The translations under genes were made by a program, and so were the position numbers. 64,000 nucleotides of DNA, taken from the human T2T-CHM13v2.0 reference genome, Homo sapiens. Where the stretch lies: assembly GCF_009914755.1 (NCBI RefSeq), contig NC_060945.1. The stretch is one strand, 5' to 3'. Position 1 is the first letter of the stretch. Each line of letters opens with the position of its first letter. Of this stretch, positions 14,930 through 27,537 are shown in pieces. Under the pieces are notes generated by a model that was given only the letters and a program-made list of their open reading frames with translations, searched no databases and was not told the DNA's origin.

Positions 14930-15480
14930 TATATTAGAATTCTCCAAAGAAACAAACAAATAGGAGATACATATATTGAGAGATTTATTATGGGAATTGG
15001 TTCCTGTGATTGCATAGTCCAAGAAATCTCCAAAACTGTTGTTTGCAAGCTGGAGACCAGGAAAGCAGTGGTATAATTCAATCTCACACCAAAAGGCCAA
15101 GAACCAGGGGAGCAGATGGTATAAATCCCAGTTACAGTATGAAGGCCTGACAACCAGGTGGAGAGAAGTGGATGCTGGTGTAAATCCTGGAGTCTGAATT
15201 CCCAAAAACCAGGAGATTCAATGTCGGAGTTTAGGAGAAGATATATGTCCTAGTTCAAGGAGTGACAGGGAGAGAAAGAAAGAAAAAATAGAGAGAGAAT
15301 TCACCCATCTTCTGCCTTTTGTTCTAGTTAGGTCCTCAACAAATTGGATGATGTCTGGCTACATTGGAGAGAGTGGATTCTCTTTACTCGGTGCTAATGC
15401 TAAGCCCTTCCACAAACATCCTAACAGACTGACCCAAGAATAATGTCTTAGCCGTTACTTGAGCATCCCTCAGTGCAGTC
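14930..15480 (-). mobile_element. MLT2 (MLT2B-like, ERVL) LTR
   Basis: attctccaaagaaacaaacaaataggagat...gagatttattatgggaattgg, aattggatgatg...cccaagaataatgt. Confidence 0.8.
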
Positions 15481-17634
15481 TGAAAGATGTGTACCCCCTC
15501 CACACCTGCCAAACCCTTGGAAGGTTGGTGGGAAGGCTGGATGACTGTCTCTCCCAGGTCCTATGTAACATTCTTGTTTTATTCCTCCGAGTTTGTGAGG
15601 GGTATTAGCGGAATTTGATAAAATTATCTCCACTTATTTACCATAAAATTAAAGTACGTTCTTGCGAAAAGGAGTTGTGTTGCAGCTTATGTTTTGTCAG
15701 TTGGATTCAAATTGTGTTGTATCCGATAATTTTTTTTTAAGTTTGTGACATGTGGTTTTAATATTATACTTTCCTAAATCCAGGATTGAAGGAGTTTCCC
15801 TTTCTCTTCTAGCTTCTATTTGATCTTTTTGGTTCATTTTTAGCGTAGAGTTTGTAAGTCGGGTTCTTACATTTCTCTTATTCCCAGAATTTCATTTCAT
15901 GAATTGCGTGGACAACTTTCTGAAACTTTTGTAGCATGACATGTCTGGATAATGACTTAACTTACCTCAAATATCTTATTGGTGTTCTTATTTTATAATG
16001 TCCTTTTTGTGACACAGTTTGTCTTGCCTTAATTGCTTATTACTACTTAATTGCCATTACTACTAATTGTCCAAATGAATAAGAATGAGAAATGAAAATG
16101 AAAAATAAATGAGAAAAAGACATGTGAAATCTCTTCATTCCCATACTCTTATCAGCAAAACAATGTTTCAGGGTTATCTGTTCCCCAACATGGAATTCTT
16201 CCTAATTCCCTTTCTGTCAGGCTGAGATTATTTCTTGTGCACATAATTCCTCCTGTGGTCTCATTATTGCTGCAAAATATTTTAAAATATATGTTTCATA
16301 GCCTGAAGTATTAGGGAAGTGTCAACCAAACTGCTCCTGGGAAATAAAATGAAGTATATTTGATTTTAAATACTCTTTTTTAAAAACTCTTGCTTGTTCT
16401 CAAGCTCTAGTTAGTTGAAATCAGTGTATAGGCAAAACTAACTTTTTTTGGTCTGTTTTGAAAACCACTGTCTTTTTAGAATACAACATCATGTAATTCT
16501 GTAGGTTTAAGAAAGATTAAGTATAACATAGCATTTGTATCTTTATATAACTAAATTCTAATTATTAATACTAAAGAATGGGGTTGAGGAGATTTCATTA
16601 AGATGAGTCAAAACTTACTCCTATTTTTGTGTTGTTGTTATTGCTTTTGTTTTTGTTTTGTGTAACTTTATCAACCAACAGTATGCACCAACCTCCTTTT
16701 GGCAAAACAGTGAACATTATATCTCTCTTAAATGATAGTGCTTTATTATTTGAACTTTTTTCAAAAGACAACGTTATTTTAACATGACGTAACTTAATAT
16801 TACTGGAGAGTTTTCATTTTTAGCAGTTTCAGAGCGCTTTATGTTAGGGTTTTATTAATTCCCATAACACATTTATAAAGAAAGCCTTGGAAACAGCCCT
16901 TCACCAAGAAACGGTTACCATTCAGGGCTTGCTTCTGTGAGAAAACACCTCACCGAGAGTCTGAAATGACCAGCATTTAGCACCAATAGCCTCACTCCCC
17001 TCTCCCACAGTAATTATTTATGGATGAGCACTTAATGTCAGTATGGCTCACAAATTTGGGGTGAGGTTCTAGAGTTGCTGTCTCACAAAATCTTACATTT
17101 TCTCATTCTTTGCAATAGTTTTGCTATATTTTCTGCAATTGTTCCTATAATTTCTGCAATTTTGTTCCTTGTATTCTTATATGTTTTTTAAAATTTAGTT
17201 TGTGTAGGATTTTTTTCTTTCCAAACCAAGTGGTTTCTGACAAAGACAACCTCAAACTCGGGTAAGAAATCATGTGTTGTATTCCCAGCCCTGTCATAAA
17301 TTTGCAATAATCTTGCCATAAAGAACTAGGTTTTTCTTGTCTCTCCTCCCCAAGTATTATTCATAACTCTACAGCGTTATTTCATCTATATACTCTAATT
17401 TTTTGATCATCTGTCTTCCTTAGAAGAAGCGATTATTTTATTTTTATCACCTTGATATCTTCAGCATCTACTATTGTGGTTGGCTCAATAATGTGTGCTT
17501 GATAACTTTTTGTTGATCAAGAAACAAACCACTGACTATTTGGAGTACAAGTCACTTTATAATTCTTGGATGCAGTTTGCTTAGAAGGAATCAGAATAGA
17601 GAATTTCTAAAGTTTCAACTACTAAAATTTTACC

Positions 17635-17929
<295 letters not shown>

Positions 17930-18114
17930 TTACCATTGATCTCTAGTTTCCTGTGGTTGACATGGACATTTTTGGTTTTCCTTTTCTGTCTTGGATGTTG
18001 TTTTCTGCAGCTAGCCCTTTCTTGTCTTTTGCATGTATTAGGAAACAAAGTCTAGCTTTTTGGATATTCTTTTCTTTGTTTCTGTCTCTCCACATATATT
18101 TATTTTTAGAGGCA

Positions 18115-18755
18115 GTGTCTATGTTTGGGCTTCTATAACAAAATGCCATAAACTGGATGGCTCATAAACAACAGTTTTTATTACTCACTGTTCTGGAGAC
18201 TGGACGTTTAAGATCGAGGCATTGACAGGGTTGGTGTTTGAAATGTTTCAGCATGCAGTGCTAAGGTTTAAGAATTCAGTGCTTCCTTTTAAAGAGTCAC
18301 ATTGGTTTGCAATTAAGTATTAGGAAATGAAGTTCTAATACTGCTTTGATGTAAGCTAGTGTGCTTGGCAATTTCTAAATACATTAAAATTGATTTCAGC
18401 AAGATGATAAAGATTTGTAGAAAAAGGCAATTATGTTTGCAGTGTCACAAATATCTTTTTATTATCCTTTTAGTCATTTCTCCTGAGTGACTAAACGCAT
18501 TTCTCCTGAGTGACTCAACGCATTGGTTGAGTTGGTGTTTGGTGAGGGCCCTTTTCCTGGTTCGTAGGTGGGACCTCTGTGAAAGCTCTTATAGGAGCTT
18601 TCTGGGGCCCCTTTATTAGGGCACTAATCCCAGTCATGAGGGCTCCACCCTCAGAATATAATCACCTCCCTAAAGCCCTACCTCCTAATGCCCTCCCACT
18701 GGGGATTAGGTTTCAACATATGGACTTGAGGAGGACATGTTCTATCTACATAGCA
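18115..18755 (-). mobile_element. MLT1A-like LTR interrupted by a ~290-bp templated insertion
   Basis: ctataacaaaatgccataaactggatgg...ggggattaggtttcaacatatg; halves joined at duplicated gttggtgtttg (18230-18240 and 18531-18541). Confidence 0.8.
18241..18482 (+). repeat. Dispersed local direct duplication of 18992-19247
   Basis: Collinear diverged match (ctaaggtttaagaattcagtgctt ... atttgtagaaaaaggcaattat ... atccttttagtca). Confidence 0.9.
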
Positions 18756-21115
18756 GGTGATTTTTAAAAAATGCTATAGAGGTCCTACCTTTAAAAGAAT
18801 TTAATAAGACCGTTATTTTATAGGTGATTAATACGTGAGATACAAAAATGTAAAAACACTCATGTACTCATCCCCCAGTTTCCACAATTATCAACACGTG
18901 GCTGATTGGACTTCATCTCTACTTTACTCAATCCCCCAGCCCTGCTGGGTAATTTAAAAGCAAATATTAAACATCCTATCAATTAATCTGTAAATATTTT
19001 AGTGTGCAACTCTAAGGTTTAAGAATTCAGTGCTTCTCTTTAAAGAATAAAATTGGTTTGTAATAATTTAAGTATTAAAAATGAATTTCTGATATTGCTT
19101 TGTTGTAAACTAGCGTGCTTAGCAATTTCTAAATAGAAAAAAACTAAAATATAATTGAGTTTAGCAAAGTGACAAATATTTGTAGAAAAAGGCAATTATA
19201 GCTAAAGTGTAGCAAATATCTTTTTGTTATCCTTTTAGTCACTTCTCAGTTTCTAGTCTCTTTTTTCAGTGCTTGGCTAAGATCAGTAGAGAACTGCAAC
19301 TCCTCTCAAATGCTATGCATTCCATCCTAGTGGTCTGAGATAATTCTCCAAAAGTTACATCAAACCTTAAACTTTATAGCAAATCTTACTCCTACATAAT
19401 AACATGGATTCATGTTACACTGAGCATAGTCCCTAAGTATTACCCTGGGAAGTCTTCATCCAGCTGTTTCAAATTATTTTCATTTCATACGTCATGTTAA
19501 TAGCAGGGAGGAGACTATTGCTAATGGTTTTTTCTTGGAAATTAATCTGTCAACCTGGTGAAAGTATAATGTTTCAGCAGATAAGAAGGGACCCTTCAGT
19601 TTAACATCCTAAGCATATTAATACACTTAGCAAAAGCATAGCAAGATTAAGTAATCGATTAGAATTTCCATTAAGAATGCGGAAAGAGCACATAGAGCGG
19701 GGGATTAACAGCCCTTCAATGTGATGTAGTCATAAAATGTTTAAAAAATACATTTAGATTTTAGGTAGTGATGGTTGAATTCTAATGATGTGCCTTGGGC
19801 CTGGGGGTAGATGTATATAGGCAGTGTAGTGGCCAGAATTTAATGTAATATTTTATGATGTAATATGCTATACTGAGCCCGCATTTGTGGTGTTGGAATG
19901 GGGGGAGATTTTTCCGGTGAGCCATGTATAAAATAAGCTTATGATTTCTCTGATGGTAGTCACTCAAAGGATTTTCAAAAGTTGTTTTATGACTTTGTAA
20001 TTGAATAAGGGTGCCCAGGATTCACAATGTTTTTTATTAATGAGTTAGGAGAAATCTTCCATTGTGCGAAAACACAGATTTTAATCACAGGTACAGATTG
20101 TTATAGAATCAAAGACAAAGAATGTAATGGTGTATCAGTCCTGGAATGTATAACCTCAAACAGATTGCAATATTTCTCTGCCTTTGGCTGTTAATGTACT
20201 GCTTTCTCCAGCATTGAATATGCCAGATACTTGTTTTTCACTTCTCATCCAATAATTTATTTCATATCCTTTTTAATTCACTCGTCTTTTCACTCTTAAT
20301 GCAACTCTCACACTGTAGCATAAACTTAAAGCTGCCATAAATTACTTTCAATTTTGCATATATATTTTTCATAATTTTAATAGCTTGTGAATAGACTCTA
20401 AGTCAGATACTTATAACATTAGAGTTCAGCAGAGGTGAGCTAATTTTTCTCTTGTGATATATGGATAGATCTCCAGTACAGATAATGGTTATATTTCTAT
20501 CTTTTATCTCTATCTGTAGCAACAGATACTCCCTCCAGATATTTTTCACTGTATACCTCAAAAACTTATTATATTTTTGGATTATTAGGCCTCCTACTGT
20601 AAAGGAGTATAAAATAGAGAAATCTTATTGTACTGAGAAAGAGGCAGATCTTAAATGTCAGAAGGGAAGATGTCATTACTCTTTCCCATCCTTAGGTACC
20701 AAAAGCGGATGCTTATTAATAGATAAAAAGTAGAGTGTTCCTAATACATATTAAGAATTAGGCAAATAAAAATGAAAATTGTTTTCCCACTTACACAGTA
20801 ATTCCACTTCAGAGAATCTAAGGAAAACAGATAAGGGAGAAAAATTGAAGCACAGGATAAGTTAATTACAGAATTTTTATGATAGCACAGAATGAAAATG
20901 TCCTAAATGTTTCATTAAAAGTATTAATAAATGGTTCAGTAATGACAAGTAAATTTTGGAACACATATTCAATTTGCTATAGAGGTATATATTAATTACT
21001 CATTTAAAATGACAAGAAAAGTTATGTAATTTTATGGAAATTGCTAAAGATGGGATAATTACTATTATAGAAAACATCCACAAGACCTTAGACAAGCAAA
21101 ACAAAAATATGTTGA

Positions 21116-23260
21116 TAAAGACTCAAATCTAAAACCTCAATCTATGAAACTACTACAAGAAAACATTGGGGAAAATCTCCAGGGCATTGGTCTGGGCAAA
21201 GATTTCTTGAGCAATACCCCACAAACACAGACAACCAAAGCAAAAATGGACAAACAGGATTACATCAAGTTTAAAAGCTTTTGCACAGCAAAGAAAACAA
21301 TCAACAAACTGAAGAGACAACCTACAGAGTGGGATAAAATATTTGCAAGTTGCCCATCTAGCAAAGGACTAATGACCAGAACATATAAGGAGCTCAAACA
21401 ACTCTATAGGAAAAAATCTAAAAATTCAATCAAAAAGTGGACAAAAAATTTGAACAGACATTTCTCAAAAGAAGACATACAAATGGCAAACAGGCGTATG
21501 AAAAGGTGCTCAACATCATTGATAATCAGAGAAATGCAAATCAGTACTACAATGAGACATTATCTCACCCCGTTAATATGGCTAATATCCAAAAGGCAAC
21601 AACAAATGCTAATATCCAAAAGGCAATAACAAACGCTATTATCCAAAAGGTAATAACAAACGCTTATATCCAAAAGGCAATAACAAACGCTAATATCCAA
21701 AAGGCAATAACAAACGCTAATATCCAAAAGGTAATAACAAACGCTTATACCCAAAAGGCAATAACAAACGCTAATATCCAAAAGGCAATAACAAACGCTA
21801 ATATCCAAAAGGTAATAACAAAAGCTTATATCCAAAAGGCAATTACAAACGCTAATATCCAAAAGGCAGTAACAAACGCTTATATCCAAAAGGCAATAAC
21901 AAATGCTAATATCCAAAAGGCAATAACAAACGCTTATATCCAAAAGGCAGTAACAAACGCTTATATCCAAAAGGCAATAACAAATGCTAATATCCAAAAG
22001 GTAATAACAAACGCTTATATCCAAAAGGCAATAACAAACGCTAATATCCAAAAGGCAACAACAAACGCTTATATCCAAAAGGCAATAACAAACGCTAATA
22101 TCCAAAAGGTAATAACAAACACTTATATCCAAAAGGCAGTAACAAACGCTAATATCCAAAAGGCAATAACAAACGCTTATATCCAAAAGGCAATAACAAA
22201 CGCTTATATCCAAAAGGCAGTAACAAATGCCTGTATCCAAAAGGTAATAACAAATGCTTATATTCAAAAGGCAATAACAAACGCTTATATCCAAAAGGCA
22301 ATAACAAACGCTTGTATCCAAAAGGCAATAACACATGCTTATATCCAAAAGACAATAACAAACGCTTATATCCAAAAGGCAATAACAAATGCCTGTATCC
22401 AAAAGGTAATAACAAACGCTTATATCCAAAAGGTAATAACAAATACTTGTGAGGATGTGGAGGAAAGAAAACCTTTGTACACTGTTGGTGAGAATGTAAA
22501 TTAGTACAACCACTATTGAGAAGAGTTTGGAGGTTCCTCAACAAATCTAAAAATTGAGCTACCATATAATTCAGCAATCCCACTGCTGGGTATATATCCA
22601 AAAGAAAGGAAATCAGTATATCGAAGAGACACTGTACTCCTACATTTGTTGCAGCACTGTTTACAATAGCTAAGATTTGGAGGCAACCTAAGTGTCCATC
22701 AACCGATACATGGATAAAAAAAATGTGGTACATATACACAGTGGAGTACTATTTAGCCATAAAAAAGAATGAGATCCAGTCATTTGCAACAATAACATGG
22801 ATGGAACTGGAGATCATTATGTTAAGTAAAAAAAGCCAGGCATAGAAAGACAAACATTGCATGTTCTCACTTATTTATGGGATCTAAAAAAGCAATTGAA
22901 TTCATGGACATAGAGAGTAGAAGGATGGTTACCAAAGGGTGGCAAAGCTACTGGGGGTTGGTATAGTTAATAGCTACAGAAAAGAAGTACTTAGAAAGAA
23001 TGAATAAGGCCTACTATTTGATAGCATAATAGGTTGACGATAGTCAATTACGACTTAATTTTACATTTTATAATAACTTAAAGACTAAAATTGGATTGTT
23101 CTTAACTCAAAGAATAAATGCTTGTGGGATGTATTATTACCCCAATGCTATTATTACCATTTTCCATGATGTGCTTATTTCACATTCCATACCTGTATCA
23201 AACATCTCATGTACCCTATAAACATATACATCTACTCTGTACCCACAAAAATTTAAAAAA
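21116..23260 (+). mobile_element. 5'-truncated L1 (L1MA2/L1MA3-like): ORF2 C-terminal remnant plus 3'UTR
   Basis: ORF 21144-21629 reads as L1 ORF2p ([35 protein letters not shown]); L1MA-type 3'UTR ending gtacccacaaaaatttaaaaaa; degenerate TSD aaaaatatgt(a)ttga at 21103-21115 and 23256-23270. Confidence 0.9.
21584..22447. repeat. 27-bp minisatellite, 32 copies (consensus (a/t)atatccaaaaggcaataacaaacgct)
   Basis: 864 bp = 32 x 27 with no indels; translates to 32 x [NYC]IQK[AV][IVT]TNA. Confidence 0.98.
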
Positions 23261-24131
23261 TATGTATTGAAAAAATTTTTTAAGCATTTATAGTGGTTGC
23301 ATTTGGTGATAATACAATGGTGGTTTATTTCTCCTATTTGCTGTGTTTTCTCAGTTTTTGATTACACAGATGCAGCACCACTACTTAAACCATGTCTTGG
23401 GAAAGGTTAAACAACTTAATGTAAGTTAGTGACATCCTGTAAGCTTAATTCAATTTATGTGACCTAAAACAGCATTCTGCTATGAGAAAGAAATGTAATT
23501 AATTATTTTGAGATATATGTTGTAGCTATTATACAGTAATAAAATGTTAGTGAGAGAAGCTAGGTGTGGTGGGATACACTTATTTATTGTAAAATTCCTT
23601 CAACTTTATTGAAAGCTTGAAATATTTTATGATACAATGTTAGGGAGGAACAACAAAAATATGCTCTGAGTTTCTGACAACCACCTTACAGTTAAGCTTT
23701 CAGAGCATCATTTCTACGCAAGTCGGAGGCAGTCAGTATAAGGTCCATTATTCATTCGTAATTCTGTTTTTCCTGGTATAATCTAATTAGATGTGACATA
23801 GTCAAATATTGGGGGTTATACAAATTGATCTGTTAATATGTAATTTTTTTCTTGTGCTTATGGCCATTTTTACTCTAAGTTTGATTCTATGGGTTAACTA
23901 TAATATTTTATTACTCATTCTCCTAAATATTATCTCTTCTATTATCTGCCCTTAAAATTTCTTAATATGTTGATGTAATATTTGAATAATTTATTTATAG
24001 GGAAACAAAAGTACATTTTTCATAAATAATATTACTATGTATATAGTAATAGAAGTCTATGTATTCACATGTATGTAATATATATTTTTTCCTTACCACA
24101 GTGCTGTTTTATATTTTTAAATAACCTAAAG

Positions 24132-24267
24132 TTTTTTTTTCTTTTTTTTTTCTTTATTATTATTATACTTTAAGTTTTAGGGTACATGTGCACAATGTGC
24201 AGGTTAGTTACATATGTATACATGTGCCATGCTGGTGCGCTGCACCCACTAACTCATCATCTAGCAT
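24132..24267 (-). mobile_element. Very short 3' end of a young L1 (L1PA2/3-like)
   Basis: Antisense of ...gatgagttagtgggtgcagcgcaccagcatggcacatgtatacatatgtaactaacctgcacattgtgcacatgtaccctaaaacttaaagtataataa plus poly-A; lacks the L1HS-Ta ACA diagnostic. Confidence 0.9.
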
Positions 24268-25124
24268 ATGTAATATATTATGTGTTATATAGTTATACAA
24301 TTAAACATTATTAAGAAGATGGTAACCAGCTGTTCTCCTTCTTCAGTGATGCAACAGAGCTAGAATGAATGGGGCTGGGAAAAATATAAAGCAGAAAGAA
24401 TTTCATTATGCACATGTATTTAATTTGGGAACAATACATGTTTCAGTGAAATGATTGTGTGTATGTATATGTATAATATAGGAATATAGAAATAATTGCC
24501 TTGAGAAGGTCTATTTGAAAATGCATATGTACTAAGTTAACCTAAAATATAAAAATTTTCTTTTTATGAGCTCATGAACTGTAAAAGGCTACAGGCAATA
24601 TATATTTATTATCCTGCTATCAGGATATTAATAAGATAAAATATAGATCACTTCAGGTGTGTGTTTCCTTTGTAAATTTTTAAATTTTAGCATTTTTTAA
24701 AGCACATGGATTAAAAAGGTGAATTAAGCTAATTTCATCAAGGAGACAGAAGATCTATGCAAAGCCTCCTAGAGTAGTCTTTCTGAACTGACATTTTTCT
24801 TTGGTCAATATTTGCTGCTAACTTTTAGATCAATCCTTTGAAATTATACATTTGTTGGGATTTTTCTTTGGTCAACATAGTGACAGGAAATGAACCAATG
24901 ATATAAATTTATGTTTAACTTTCCTAAATTCAACTTTATCTAGAGACTTCCTTTTGGTTCCTTGCTTATAAACATATCCCCTTGAAGTTATTTACAGTTT
25001 AACTATCATTATGATAAAAATCCTTCTACTTATCAAAAAATATTTTATATATACAGAGCTAATGAAATATATCGCCTCTGTGTGTACAAAATATGAAAGT
25101 TAATATGTAATGCAAAATATATTT

Positions 25125-25566
25125 CTGTTAACATTAAATCAGATTACAAGTAATAGAAAAATCCAAATAGTGGTGATTTAAACAAGACAGAATTGTATTT
25201 CTTCCTCAAATTTATGAAGCAGAGAGATAATTTCAGGCTCGTTTTGGTGTTCAAAAGACACTGAAATTCCTTTCATCTTGTTCTGTTATATATGGTTTCC
25301 ACTGTAAAGGTTAACTCTTAATCCAAGATAACTGCTGAAGTTCCAGCCATTGCATCTGCATTTCAGCCATCAGGATGGAAGAAGGCAGAAGGGCATGCCC
25401 CTTTTATTTTAAGGCACACTTCCTGAAATTTTTACAGAACACCTCAGTTTATATTTTATTAGCCAGAAGTTAGTCACATAGTCACACGTAGCTATACAAT
25501 AGACTGTCAAATGTAGTCTTTATTTCATCTGGCTATGCACCAACCTGAAAATCATGGTTACCTCAC
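25125..25566 (-). mobile_element. MLT1J-like LTR, interrupted by MLT1D
   Basis: ccaagataactgctgaagttccagccattgcatctgcatttcag, ttagccagaagttagtcacatag. Confidence 0.65.
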
Positions 25567-26022
25567 TGTGGTAGACAAAACAGTAGCCTCCCAAAGATGT
25601 CCATGTCTTAATAATTTTACAGAGCAAGAGAGACTTTGCTAATGTGATTATATTAAGAATCTTGAGACAAGAAGATTATCCTGGATTGCACAGAAGGCCC
25701 AGTATAATCACCAGGGTCTTTAAAAGAGTGAAGTTCAGAGGAGATGGGATGATGGAAGCAGAGATTGGAGTGAAGTGTGTGAAGATGGAGAAGGACGTAA
25801 AAACCTAAAGAATGCAGGTGACCTCTAGAAGCTGGAAAAGAAAAGGAAACAGATTCTTCCTGAAAGTCTTTGGAAGGAACCAGTCCTACAAACACTTTAA
25901 TTTTAGTTCTTTAAGATGCATTTAGATTTTCAACTACCAGAATTGCAAGAGAATAAATGTGTATTACTTTTAGCCACCAAATTTGTACTAAATTTCTATA
26001 GGAACAGAAGAAAATAAATATA
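25567..26022 (+). mobile_element. MLT1D/C-like LTR
   Basis: tgtggtagac...cccaaagatgtccatg...ctctagaagctggaaaag..ggaaacagattct. Confidence 0.8.
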
Positions 26023-26029
26023 CTTATGA

Positions 26030-26408
<379 letters not shown>

Positions 26409-27019
26409 TACTCTACCATACATTTTCAGTGGCATATCCATAATTTTGGTCCTTGAATCTATCTATAGTTTTTTCATATTTGGATTCAGCAGTCAAGTGT
26501 CATTGGCAAGTGGGTAAGAACTCTAAACAGGCTGCCTAAGTACATAGGGCTCAGTTTAAGCACTTGGTAATTGAGAACATCTATTACACAGCCACCAGTA
26601 CTGTGGGAGAAGGCCTCCCTCAAGTGCTTTGTCTAGTATTTGCATGCATATTCCCTCAATCCTAGCATACAACAATCAAGTAGTAAGGCCTGGAATTGAG
26701 GCCAGAGAGAAAGAGAGAACAAAAAACCTGGGTGTGTTGAGGAGGAGGTCCCAGAGAGTGGCCTGTCTCTATTTGATGTCCTGGTCCTTTCTCTTAGTGC
26801 CTGGTAGTCTGTCTCCTAGGTCTCCCCATCTGTCTGAGTTCACCCTCCATTGCCACTTCTCAGGTTGATGATTTCTGTCTGATTATCTCACCACTCATGC
26901 TGATCACTGCTTTCTAAAGGGGATTTTGGTGTTGTTCTTGACCCTAGATTATTCTTCAACTCAAGTTTTATACATTGGCTGAGTATTAATTTTCTTTTGT
27001 TAATTTGAGACTTGCCCTC

Positions 27020-27537
27020 TGTAGTAGATAGAATAACGTTCCCCCAAAGATGTCCATGTTCTAATCCCCAGAACCTGGAAGTATGTTGCATTATGTGGCA
27101 AAGGAGATTTAGAATTGCATATACAATTAAGGATGCTAATCAGCATATGCTGAGATTACCTTGGATTTTATCTGAGTGGGCCCATTGTAATCACAAAGCC
27201 TTAAAAATAGAAGAGGGAGGTGGAAGGTTTCAGCATATGAGGGAGATATAACTAGAGAAGAACGATCTGTGAGATGCAACACTCCTGGGTTTGAATCTGG
27301 AGGAAGAGGCCACCAGCCAGGGCATGTGGGTGCCCTCTAGAATGTGGAAAAGACAAGGAAACAAATTCTTCCTTAGAGCCTCCAGAAGAAACACAGCACT
27401 GCCAACACTTTGATATTAGCTCACAAAAACCCATTTTGAACTTCTCACTTCCAAAACTGTGAGATGATAAATTTGGCTTGTTTTAAGCCAATAAATTTGC
27501 AAACATTTGTTACAGCAGCAATGGGAAACTAATGATA
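27020..27537 (+). mobile_element. MLT1D-like LTR
   Basis: cccccaaagatgtccatgttctaatccccagaacctg...ttgttacagcagcaatgggaaactaat. Confidence 0.85.

Noticed and set aside
21144-21629. 161-aa ORF as a functional gene
   Set aside because: Decayed L1 ORF2 fragment; frameshifted near 21570 with stops downstream
21584-22447. CRISPR-like array
   Set aside because: Units are head-to-tail with no unique spacers, there are no cas genes, and the context is a primate L1
22149-22739. 196-aa minus-strand ORF
   Set aside because: Antisense L1 sequence plus a third frame of the minisatellite
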